Below, in pieces: positions 1 through 7,067 of a DNA stretch of 32,000 bases. The first letter of the stretch is position 1. Every line of letters starts with the position of its first letter. The stretch comes from Kiritimatiella glycovorans (GTDB taxonomy: Bacteria > Verrucomicrobiota > Kiritimatiellia > Kiritimatiellales > Kiritimatiellaceae). The notes beneath the pieces are model-generated. The model made no database searches, was not told where the DNA came from, and saw nothing but the letters and a program-made list of their open reading frames with translations. Location: NCBI RefSeq assembly GCF_001017655.1, contig NZ_CP010904.1:1830001-1862000 (forward strand), given 5' to 3'. The translations under genes were made by a program, and so were the position numbers.

Positions 1-117
1 CCGTCAGACTCGGACTCTGACACGCGCTCCGGCTTCCGTCGGTCTCGGTCTCCTGACCGTCCGCCGACCCGGACACGCCGCCGCCGGACAGAATCGCCGC
101 CGCCAGAAGCAGGTTTG
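1..117. repeat. Left arm of a perfect inverted repeat (at least 117 bp, truncated by the window edge)
   Basis: The reverse complement of 1-117 is identical base for base to 2267-2383 (checked by hand over all 117 nt). The arm lies inside the 3' coding part of the recombinase gene. Confidence 0.95.
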
Positions 118-1462
118 AACCGGTCTTTTTGTGCCAGTTCCGCAGATCCTCAAGGTCGTCCGTCTCGGCGTCGTACTTCGCTTGACGGGAAGCGGTTATG
201 AAGTCGGCCAGAGGTTTGAACCGATTGGCCCCGTGACCCTCAAGCCGGGCCACCGAATCGGCAAGCGTCGCCTTTTCCTGAACGAGTCTTTCCTTGTGAC
301 TCGTGAAGTCCTCCTTTGTGATGGTGCCGTCGATGAACACGTCAAGGAGGCGGTTCAAGCGGTCGGTCGCGCGGGAGAGGTCCGCCCTGTGCCGCGCCAG
401 CAATTCGGCTTGCCTCGCGGTGTCGGCGAGTTTCCACGCTTCAACCTCGGCAAGCATCGCATCGGCCCAGTCATCGCGAATCGAGGCAAGCCGGATGCTG
501 GCGCGTAGGTACTGCGTCAAGGCTTCTTCCCGGATCGTCTTCAACTCGCAAGGTCCGCGCCGCTTGCCGCATCGGTAGTAGGAGTGGCCCTTCTGCTCGT
601 CGGCGGTGATGGCGCATCCGCAATGGTGACACTGGATCAAGCCCCGGAACGGGTAGCGGGCGCGCCGCGTGTAGCGTCCGCGTCCCCGGTTCTTGCGAAC
701 CTTCTGCACGCGGTCAAACACCTCCCGCGAGACAAGCGGCGGGTGTTTGCCTTCGTACACCTCGCCGCTAAACCGGAAGACGCCGACATAGAACGGATTG
801 GCGAGAATCGCGTGTACGCGACTCATCGAGAGCGGCTTGCCCCTGACGCCCACAAGCCCCCAGTCCTGAATCATGGCGGCGATCTCCGTAACCGTGTACT
901 GCCCGGTTGCGTAGGTCTCAAACATCCGACGGAGAAGCGGCGCTCGCTCTTCGTCGAAAACGATCATGCGCGTTCGCCGGTCGTTCACGTAGCCGGGCGG
1001 CGGCATGTTCGGATAGATGCCTTCCCGGAGCTTCTTCCGTATGCCGCGCTTGATGTTCTCCGAAAGGTTGTCCACGTAGTATTTGCTCTGCCCGAATGCC
1101 ACTTGCAGGATAAACTTGCCTTGCGGGGTGTTCTCAAACCAGAACGTCGGGAACTTCAAGGCGGCCAGTTTACCGGTGTCCAAGTCGTAGATGATTCGTC
1201 CTCCGTCAATGGAATTCCGGGCCAGCCGGTCGGGGTGCCAAGCAAGGATTGCCTGGGCGTCGCCGTCTTCAATCGCCTGCATCATCTCGTTGAAGACCGG
1301 GCGTCCCGGTTTCTTGGCCGTCTGCGCTTCGAGGTACTCGTGCGCCACGTCGAGCCGATCCTTGCTTGCCAGCATGCGGAGTTCGTCGAGTTGTGCGTCA
1401 ATCGAAAGCACTTGCCGGCTGTCGTCCTCGGTGGACTTCCGGGCGTAGATGAAGAACTTCAC
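1..1462 (-). CDS. Large serine recombinase (resolvase catalytic domain, recombinase domain, Zn-ribbon, coiled-coil tail); the 3' end runs off the left edge
   Basis: This is my own minus-strand translation from the GTG at 1460-1462. It is absent from the ORF track because it has no in-window stop. It reads VKFFIYARKSTEDDSRQVLSIDAQ (catalytic Ser motif), then GLIQCHHCGCAITADEQKGHSYYRCGKRRGPCE (Zn ribbon), then a coiled-coil-like tail ending KKTGSNLLLAAAILSGGG. The 366-aa plus-strand ORF 584..1684 is its antisense shadow. The GTG overlaps the stop of the upstream AbrB gene (GTGA). Confidence 0.9.
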   Translation of the reverse strand, partial: MKFFIYARKSTEDDSRQVLSIDAQLDELRMLASKDRLDVAHEYLEAQTAKKPGRPVFNEMMQAIEDGDAQAILAWHPDRLARNSIDGGRIIYDLDTGKLAALKFPTFWFENTPQGKFILQVAFGQSKYYVDNLSENIKRGIRKKLREGIYPNMPPPGYVNDRRTRMIVFDEERAPLLRRMFETYATGQYTVTEIAAMIQDWGLVGVRGKPLSMSRVHAILANPFYVGVFRFSGEVYEGKHPPLVSREVFDRVQKVRKNRGRGRYTRRARYPFRGLIQCHHCGCAITADEQKGHSYYRCGKRRGPCELKTIREEALTQYLRASIRLASIRDDWADAMLAEVEAWKLADTARQAELLARHRADLSRATDRLNRLLDVFIDGTITKEDFTSHKERLVQEKATLADSVARLEGHGANRFKPLADFITASRQAKYDAETDDLEDLRNWHKKTGSNLLLAAAILSGGGVSGSADGQETETDGSRSACQSPSLT

Positions 1463-1692
1463 GGCTTCGCCTCCTTCCGTTTGGCCTTCGCCTCTTCCGC
1501 TACCTTCGTAGCCTCTTTGGCCATCTTCCGAAACGCCGATACGTCCGGGGTTGGAATCGGTTTGAGCAGGATGTGTTCGCCGTCGGTGAACAGCGCCAGT
1601 TTGCTGCCTGCCCGTAGGCCAAGCATCTTCCGCACGTTCTCCGGGATGACGAATTGCCCCTTCGATGAAAGCCTCGCTATCTGATAGTGCAT
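1459..1692 (-). CDS. AbrB/MazE/SpoVT-family DNA-binding protein (77 aa)
   Basis: This is the C-terminal part of track ORF 1459..2058: MHYQIARLSSKGQFVIPENVRKMLGLRAGSKLALFTDGEHILLKPI, followed by a Lys/Glu-rich tail. That is the typical SpoVT/AbrB swapped-hairpin motif. The ATG at 1690-1692 is preceded by GGGAGG. Its stop overlaps the recombinase GTG. Confidence 0.8.
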   Translation of the reverse strand: MHYQIARLSSKGQFVIPENVRKMLGLRAGSKLALFTDGEHILLKPIPTPDVSAFRKMAKEATKVAEEAKAKRKEAKP

Positions 1693-1706
1693 ATGCCTCC
1701 CGACGT

Positions 1707-1723
1707 CGTAAGCGTCTCTTACG
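1707..1723. promoter_or_regulatory. 17-bp palindrome CGTAAG-CGTCT-CTTACG just upstream of the AbrB gene ribosome-binding site; candidate operator
   Basis: Read directly from the sequence. It lies 15-30 nt upstream of the AbrB start. AbrB-family regulators commonly autoregulate. No experimental support. Confidence 0.25.
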
Positions 1724-1827
1724 CGATAGGGAGACAATAGACCGGCGGGCGAAGTGATGCAACAGGTTTCTGCGTTCTTTGCAGGGGGACCCTCCCGGCG
1801 TGATGCAGGCGGCAAACGGAGCGCCTC

Positions 1828-1894
1828 GCAGCGGGCGTGACACCGCGTCTGCGCGGTGGCGCGACCGATGCGCGCGGAGTGGGTGGCGGTGACG
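1828..1894 (+). repeat. Copy 1 of a ~65-bp direct repeat (GCAGCGGGCGTGACACCGCG...GCGCGGTGGCGCG...GCGCGCGGAGTGG...)
   Basis: Hand alignment to 2060-2127 gives roughly 85-90 percent identity with one or two 1-nt indels. It is non-coding and lies inside the segment bracketed by the inverted repeat. Confidence 0.8.
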
Positions 1895-2059
1895 GGGCGC
1901 GGCGGTTGGTTGCTGCTTTGCGAGTGTAACCAACAAGACCAGAGCAGCCGGCATCCTATGGGAGAAGCATAGCGTGAAGCGGATCGGAAATGCCGGGCTG
2001 TTGTCGCTGAAGTGGAGACACGGGGCGTTGACGAGGCGGAACAGGGAACGAAGCGCATT

Positions 2060-2127
2060 GCAGCGGGCGTGACACCGCGCCGCGCGGTGGCGCGCCCGGT
2101 GCGCGCGGAGTGGTGGCGGCGGTCGTC
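2060..2127 (+). repeat. Copy 2 of the ~65-bp direct repeat
   Basis: See copy 1. It contains the internal stem CCGCGCG...CGCGCGG. Confidence 0.8.
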
Positions 2128-2266
2128 GGGCCGGTATGGTGTTCGTGAAGATTAGTGAAGGGAGCGGCAGGCTCGCCCCGCAAGCGGGTGCGTGGCGACG
2201 CCAGGAGCCGCCAAGCCCGCGCCGTGGGGCGAGTTTGCCGCCGGGGTTCCTTGGCGCGGAGCGCCC

Positions 2267-2383
2267 CAAACCTGCTTCTGGCGGCGGCGATTCTGTCCGG
2301 CGGCGGCGTGTCCGGGTCGGCGGACGGTCAGGAGACCGAGACCGACGGAAGCCGGAGCGCGTGTCAGAGTCCGAGTCTGACGG
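2267..2383. repeat. Right arm of the perfect inverted repeat
   Basis: Identical to the reverse complement of 1-117. The outer limit cannot be determined because the partner arm leaves the window. Confidence 0.95.
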
Positions 2384-2814
2384 ATGCCCCGTCCCGGCTT
2401 GCCCGCCATAGCCTCGGCGACGGCGGGAATCCCATCGCAGGGCTTCGCGGCGGCTCTGCCGCACGCTCGCCGATTTCTCCCGACATTGGAAAGCGGGTGG
2501 AGAGTCCAAGAATCGAGGAAAACAAGGCGATTTCGCAGCCCTCGGCGGTCGGCGTCACGGTCGCGGCGGCGGCGTCTGGCGAATGGTCGGAGTTCATCCC
2601 GATCCTTCCGGCGGATGTGGCGTCCCTGTCAGGAGGCAGTCAGGCGGCGGGCGGTCAGTCCGTCACGCTCTTCCGGTCGCTCGGCTCGAAGACCGATCCC
2701 GTCTTGCATGTCCGGTTCCCGGCCCCGTGGTCCGTCGTCGCCGAAAATCGCCGGATTCCAAATTGGCGGAGACTCCTTCCGCTCGTGCGAACCTCCGTCC
2801 TGGGCGATGAGTAG
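2267..2814 (+). other. Open frame continuing out of the right inverted-repeat arm; possibly an inverted duplicate of the recombinase 3' end
   Basis: In track ORF 2155..2814 the recombinase reading frame stays open for about 143 codons past the repeat. Third-position G+C in this frame is high by hand count (about three quarters). The peptide ends ...SLGSKTDPVLHVRFPAPWSVVAENRRIPNWRR. It has no independent start or ribosome-binding site at a sensible place. Confidence 0.3.
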
Positions 2815-2851
2815 GCCATAACCGGGACCGCGTTTCAAGGTCGTTGTCCTG

Positions 2852-2889
2852 GTCGAGCGTGGGGACGTGTACACGGCCCCACGCTCGAC
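2852..2889. repeat. 38-bp near-perfect palindrome (18 of 19 bp arms, no loop)
   Basis: GTCGAGCGTGGGGACGTGT|ACACGGCCCCACGCTCGAC with one mismatched pair. It lies immediately downstream (minus sense) of the stop of the 2891..3550 frame, so it could be a terminator-like hairpin or a protein binding/recombination site. Confidence 0.7.
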
Positions 2890-2890
2890 G

Positions 2891-3550
2891 CTATCGCGGC
2901 TCGCGGTACGTGTCCCGGTCGTCGCGTCGCTGGTGTTGTCCTACCCCGCAGGAACCGTTCCCCGGTCCTGGCGTGGTCGGTGATGCCCTACCCGCACCCG
3001 CCGCGCCAACGTTCCCGTTGGTCACGTTGTCACGGCGGCTGCTACCCCGCTCCGCTCCACGCCGTCCGCGTCCGGCAGGGATCGTGCCGCCGGAGGCGTC
3101 ACGCTCCCTGCTTGGCCGCTCCCGTCGTTCCGCTCCGCTTCCCCCCTCGCTACGGGCTTGCTCATGCCGCGTGCTTGTCCTCGAAGACTCGGACGGCACG
3201 CGGCCTGCCAAGCCCTCCGCTCGTCCCGTCAGTCGCAGGCTCCGCCACTCTGCCGTTGCCGGGCCGTCGGTGTCCGCGATGGTCAAGCGCGTGTCCACCG
3301 GCAACGGCAGGCGGCTTCGCACTGCTCCTTCCTCCGCGCCCTCCTGAACGTCGGGCGCGGCAAGGTGCGGCGCTGGGCCGCGCCGCTTGTGCTTGCCCCG
3401 CTGGGGCGGGGCTGCGCTTTCCGCCTCCGGCTGGGCCGCCGTCGGCGGTCTGGCCGTCCTCTCGCTTGCCTCGCCAGAGGCTCGGCGAAGGCGGGTCCGG
3501 CCTCTGGCGTCACGCTCTTTGACCGGCGCTCTTTCTCTCGCTCCCATCAT
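2891..3550 (-). CDS. Hypothetical Arg/Glu/Gly-rich low-complexity protein (very uncertain)
   Basis: Part of track ORF 2891..3868, taken from the Met-Met at 3550. The hand-counted third-position G+C of this frame is high and the minus strand is purine-rich here. The 38-bp hairpin follows the stop. There is no recognisable domain, and all six frames are open in this region. Confidence 0.2.
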   Translation of the reverse strand: MMGARERAPVKERDARGRTRLRRASGEASERTARPPTAAQPEAESAAPPQRGKHKRRGPAPHLAAPDVQEGAEEGAVRSRLPLPVDTRLTIADTDGPATAEWRSLRLTGRAEGLAGRVPSESSRTSTRHEQARSEGGSGAERRERPSRERDASGGTIPAGRGRRGAERGSSRRDNVTNGNVGAAGAGRASPTTPGPGNGSCGVGQHQRRDDRDTYREPR

Positions 3551-4064
3551 CACGCCTTCCGCCAGCTTCCCGAACTGCCCGCCGTTGGCGGGCCTGTCGG
3601 TCGCCGCCTCCCGGCGGCTCCGGCCTGCGAAGCAGGCTCCGAATCCCAATCCCGGCGCGCGCTTCTTCTCTCCCCTCCTGTTCTGGATGTCTGACGCCAC
3701 GTAGCCGGTTGCGCCCCGGACACGCCGTAGCCGCGCGCCGAGCAACGGACGGCAAGACCGGTGCCCGGTCCTCCGGGCAGCCCGGTTCGCGCCCCTGCGC
3801 GTACTGGGCGACCGGTCTTGCCGGCTGGGGCGAGGGAACAAGCGCGCTCTGGCGTGGAGGGGGCGCAACCGGCGGAGCGGCGGGAAGTTACCAAGTGGCG
3901 TTCAGCCACTTGACCGCTTCGGATATACCCACGGCTACGGCGTACTTGAGCAGTCCGGCAGAGAGCGATCGGGTTCCGTCGTGCCATGTGACGGTCGGTG
4001 TGTCCCGCGCTGGCGGTGTGCTCGTCGACTCCTATACGTCTGCAGCACTGGTCGCTGGCCATGT

Positions 4065-4505
4065 TCAGAATGTGGCGCGCAAGGCCACGCCAGCGAAGGG
4101 GAAGTTCTCCAGTGCCTCGTCACCGGGATATGGCTCAGGATCGGCATCAATCGCCCACGAGTAGGCGAAGGTCGCAACCAGATCGAGTCCGTCCTTGAGG
4201 GGCGTGATGGCCTCCAGCGATAATGCGAAGTGATTTGCACCATCATGGCCGTCGGCAATATAGCCCGAGTTCCAACCCAGAACCGCGGATGGCGCGAGGG
4301 TGAGCCGGTCCATGACTTCGTACTCTCCGCCCATGGATGCTTCGAAAAATGCACCTTCCGCCTCGAAAGAGTAGTAGCCATCGATGCCGTCGGCCAGCCC
4401 GGCAGGAAGCCCTGAATACGAGAAACCGATGCCGAACCAAAACCTCGCACTCCATATTTCTCTTTGTGGCGTGCGTTTTCCCGCACACATGCTCTGATCT
4501 TGCAT
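4065..4505 (-). CDS. Outer-membrane beta-barrel-like protein, probably an N-terminally truncated remnant (TorF/Gcw_chp-like C-terminal half)
   Basis: It shows an alternating aromatic/small-residue pattern (GIGFSYSG, GYYSFEAEGAFFEASMGGEY, LVATFAYSWAI) and a C-terminal ...GVALRATF ending in Phe, as in OMP beta-signals. There is no signal peptide. Only about 20 nt separate it from the upstream TPR gene, so there is no room for a missing N-terminus. Confidence 0.4.
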   Translation of the reverse strand: MQDQSMCAGKRTPQREIWSARFWFGIGFSYSGLPAGLADGIDGYYSFEAEGAFFEASMGGEYEVMDRLTLAPSAVLGWNSGYIADGHDGANHFALSLEAITPLKDGLDLVATFAYSWAIDADPEPYPGDEALENFPFAGVALRATF

Positions 4506-4525
4506 TTCGTCACAACGTCAAGCAC

Positions 4526-5845
4526 TCACTTCACCATCCACCTGACTTGTTCGAGATAGCGGCCAACGTGCGGGCGATTCTCGAAAGTCTGTGCCGCTTC
4601 GAGCAGGGATGCCGCACGGGCATACCGTTCGCGCGCGACCTCAATCTGCGCGTGGCGGATAAGGGCGTCTGCTTCGTAACCCTTGACGCGGGCGGCCCGC
4701 TCACATGTCATGGCGGCATCCTCCAGCCGCCCACTGTCCTGCTGAAGCTCGGCGAGCACAAGCATCGTGCGTCCATCAAGCGGGTCGAGCTTCAGAACGT
4801 CGTCACACAGCGCCATCGCGTCGTCGAAGCGTGCTTCCTGCTGTGCGAGTTCCGCCTTGAGACGCAGTAGCTTTATCTGCTGCGCTTCGTCAACGCTTTC
4901 GGTATCCGGTTCGAGGTTGCTCTCGGCTCGGGCAATCATGCTGGACGCTCGCTGCCCGTCGCCCACCATCAGGAAACCCTCGATGGCGCGGAGCATTCGC
5001 GCAATCGAGGGTGTATCGCCGGTGAATGCTGCCTCGTACGCGCGAAGCGCGTCTTCAGGTTGATCCTGGTTCAACAGGAGATCGCCCAGCGTCGCCAGCA
5101 TTTCCGCGTCTGCGCACCCGAGGCGTCGTGCCTTTTCAATGGTCCGCGTGGCCTTGGTATGCTTGCCCATCGACAGGTAGGCGTTTGCCCGGAGCGACCA
5201 AAGCTCCCGATTCGCCGGGTCGCGCTGAAGAATCTCACCGACAAGCGCCAGCCCTTCCGCATAGCGCTCCTGTTGCATGAGGGCCTTTGCCATCCCGAGC
5301 ATCGCATCGGCGTGCTTGGGACGCAGCAACAGCGATTGCCGGTAGGCCGATTCGGCTGACACCGGCGCGTTCTCCATCAGGAGCGCATGCCCGAGCAACA
5401 GCAGTATATCCGCATCGGCCTGGCCGTCCGAGACGAGTTGCTGATAGAGTGTGATGGCGTCTTCGGTCCGCTCCTGCATCAGGTAGACACGCCCAAGGTT
5501 CATGATCGCGCTGCGGAACTTCGGCAGCTTCTTGATTGCCGCCTTGTAGGCTGCCGCGGCTTCGTCAAGTCGTTCGTTCTGGAAATGAAGATTGCCTATC
5601 GCAAAATCCAACGCTGGGCTGGCTTCGGGTAGCTCTTTGGTCTGCAGCATCCGAATCGCCTGAGTGACATTGGTCCCAGCAACACGCATTGCTGTATTGA
5701 GCAAGGTGCTTTCTTCTCGCGTGACCGTCGGCTCGAACGGATCGTTCCCGTGCTGATACCCGTGACCATCACGGGCGACTGCCATCGTGCAACCGCTCAT
5801 CAGTATCAGCATGACACCAAACACGTATCTCTTCCTGGCTTTCAC
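4526..5845 (-). CDS. TPR-repeat (lipo)protein, TtpD-like last member of the TonB2-type module
   Basis: Track ORF 4526..5863. There are many TPR-like repeats (AxxxYxxAL.. patterns). I prefer the GTG at 5845, preceded by GAGAGGGA, which gives KARKRYVFGVMLILMSGC, a signal peptide with a lipobox-like LMSGC. The track start at 5863 is a TTG inside the heptamer repeat. Confidence 0.8.
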   Translation of the reverse strand: MKARKRYVFGVMLILMSGCTMAVARDGHGYQHGNDPFEPTVTREESTLLNTAMRVAGTNVTQAIRMLQTKELPEASPALDFAIGNLHFQNERLDEAAAAYKAAIKKLPKFRSAIMNLGRVYLMQERTEDAITLYQQLVSDGQADADILLLLGHALLMENAPVSAESAYRQSLLLRPKHADAMLGMAKALMQQERYAEGLALVGEILQRDPANRELWSLRANAYLSMGKHTKATRTIEKARRLGCADAEMLATLGDLLLNQDQPEDALRAYEAAFTGDTPSIARMLRAIEGFLMVGDGQRASSMIARAESNLEPDTESVDEAQQIKLLRLKAELAQQEARFDDAMALCDDVLKLDPLDGRTMLVLAELQQDSGRLEDAAMTCERAARVKGYEADALIRHAQIEVARERYARAASLLEAAQTFENRPHVGRYLEQVRWMVK

Positions 5846-5860
5846 ATATCCCTCTCTTTT

Positions 5861-5911
5861 CAATGACCAATGACCAATGACTGCCGCGTAGCGGCCAAAT
5901 GACCAATGACC
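5861..5911. repeat. Heptamer-hairpin element: (CAATGAC)x3 - GCCGC GTA GCGGC - CAAATGACCAATGACC
   Basis: Read directly. It fills the tonB-TPR intergenic gap. Confidence 0.9.
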
Positions 5912-5914
5912 TCT

Positions 5915-6586
5915 TTAGTCCAGTTTGAATGCGACCTTCTGCCGCACGCGCGTGGCCACCGCATCCCCGTCTTTGGTTCCGGGAGTGAAGCGCCAGCGTT
6001 CTATTGCGCGGACAGCCGCCGTCGCAAAGATGTCGCCCGGTCGCGATGAAACCACAACGATGTCCCGCGCCGTACCTTCCGCATTCACAATGAACTCGAC
6101 GACGACCTCCCCCTCGATCCGGCGCATCCTGGCCTGAGGCGGGTAGATGGGCTTGAGACGTGCAAGCGGTCGTGGCGGTTCGTCCAGATCGCTGATCTCG
6201 AACACAAGCTGCCTGACTTGCTCGCCCAGTGAATCAGCGGATATCCCGAAATCCACGCTGAAGTCCCCGCCAACATCGCCGATGGCCATGCCGAGGTCCA
6301 TGGCCGCCTGCATTGGGGCAAGCCGACGGCGGAGTTGTTGCATCTCCGGCTTTGGCGTTTGCGGCTTCGCCTCGGCGGCTCTCTTCTCGATACGTGGCGG
6401 CGGAGGCGGTGGTGGCGGCAGCTTGGCCGTGGTTACCGACCGGACGGAGGCCGCTTTCTCGGGAGGCGCGGAGAGCGTTTCAAGATACGGCAGAAGGAGA
6501 TACACACCGAGTGATACCGTGCCGGCCAGCACTACAGAGCGCCACGTCCAGCGAGGTGCGAAAAAACTGGAGAGGTCATTGGTCAT
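5915..6586 (-). CDS. tonB: TonB-family energy transducer
   Basis: It has an N-terminal TM helix (SVVLAGTVSLGVYLLLPYL), a Pro-rich spacer (KLPPPPPPPPRIEK...PQTPKPE), and a C-terminal TonB domain (YPPQARMRRIEGEVVVEFIVNAEGTARDIVVVSS...ATAAVRAIERWRFTPG). The ATG lies inside the heptamer repeat (ATGACCAATGACC). Confidence 0.85.
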   Translation of the reverse strand: MTNDLSSFFAPRWTWRSVVLAGTVSLGVYLLLPYLETLSAPPEKAASVRSVTTAKLPPPPPPPPRIEKRAAEAKPQTPKPEMQQLRRRLAPMQAAMDLGMAIGDVGGDFSVDFGISADSLGEQVRQLVFEISDLDEPPRPLARLKPIYPPQARMRRIEGEVVVEFIVNAEGTARDIVVVSSRPGDIFATAAVRAIERWRFTPGTKDGDAVATRVRQKVAFKLD

Positions 6587-7067
6587 TGGTCATTTGCGCC
6601 TTCGTCGCGTCATTTGTATCCCATTCGGGGCCGGATTCCTTTACGCGGACTGTTGTCGGACCGATCGACTTGATGTAGGCGTTGAGTCTGCGGCCGAGCG
6701 TATCCAAAGCGCTACTCAGTTCCTGGAATGCCTCCTTCTCGATCAGGGATCGGTGGTGAGCTTTGTTGAGCCATGTTTTCGCTTCAAAGAGGGAACCTCT
6801 ACTGTAGTAGCCGTATTGCTTGTTCTCCTTGTGATGGAAACGTCCGAAGCCTTCGCTCAGATTCGCTGCCATCGAGTCTGCCGCCCGAACCCACTGCTTC
6901 CCCACTGTGTCCTTTGCGAAGAAATCCCACTTCGCGACAATACCCCACACCACTTCCCCAATCCGCATCGCCTCTTGATACACTTCCAGTTCTTCCAATC
7001 GCATTTCCATATCCTCCCTCCAATGACCAATGACGCGGGCGGAGCCCGCAAATGACCAATGACTAAT
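6574..7067 (-). mobile_element. Four-helix-bundle gene cassette bounded by ~45-bp imperfect inverted arms (IVS-like; no transposase)
   Basis: The left arm, 6574-6616, is GGTCATTGGTCATTGGTCATTTGCGCCTTCGTCGCGTCATTTG. The reverse complement of 7021-7067 is ATTAGTCATTGGTCATTTGCGGGCTCCGCCCGCGTCATTGGTCATTG. A deleted derivative with the same arms is at 31391-31517. Confidence 0.45.
6576..7010 (-). CDS. Four-helix-bundle protein (23S rRNA intervening-sequence protein / Avd-like family)
   Basis: MEMRLEELEVYQEAMRIGEVVWGIVAKWDFFAKDTVGKQWVRAADSMAANLSEGFGRFHHKENKQYGYYSRGSLFEAKTWLNKA is the characteristic motif set of this family. GGAGGGAGG lies upstream, and an alternative ATG is at 7004. The C-terminal tail and TGA stop lie inside the heptamer repeat. 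The track start at 7085 reads through the repeat and is rejected. Confidence 0.85.
   Translation of the reverse strand: MEMRLEELEVYQEAMRIGEVVWGIVAKWDFFAKDTVGKQWVRAADSMAANLSEGFGRFHHKENKQYGYYSRGSLFEAKTWLNKAHHRSLIEKEAFQELSSALDTLGRRLNAYIKSIGPTTVRVKESGPEWDTNDATKAQMTNDQ

Noticed and set aside
108-128. GGTTCAAACC (minus strand), resembling a tRNA T-loop and suggesting a tRNA attachment site next to the recombinase
   Set aside because: The flanking bases do not form a T-stem or an acceptor stem, and the sequence lies inside the recombinase coding frame.
584-1684. 366-aa plus-strand ORF, with the overlapping ORFs 131..508, 303..578 and 1191..1448
   Set aside because: It is the antisense shadow of the serine recombinase gene. 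The minus-strand translation gives unmistakable recombinase motifs. The plus-strand peptide is Arg/Ala/Val-rich with no motifs. Long spurious antisense ORFs are expected in high-GC DNA.
1693-2058. N-terminal 122 residues of track ORF 1459..2058 (a 199-aa version of the AbrB gene)
   Set aside because: The upstream part is Arg/Ser/Pro-rich nonsense running through the non-coding direct-repeat region. A strong GGGAGG-ATG start at 1692 gives a normal-sized 77-aa AbrB-family protein.
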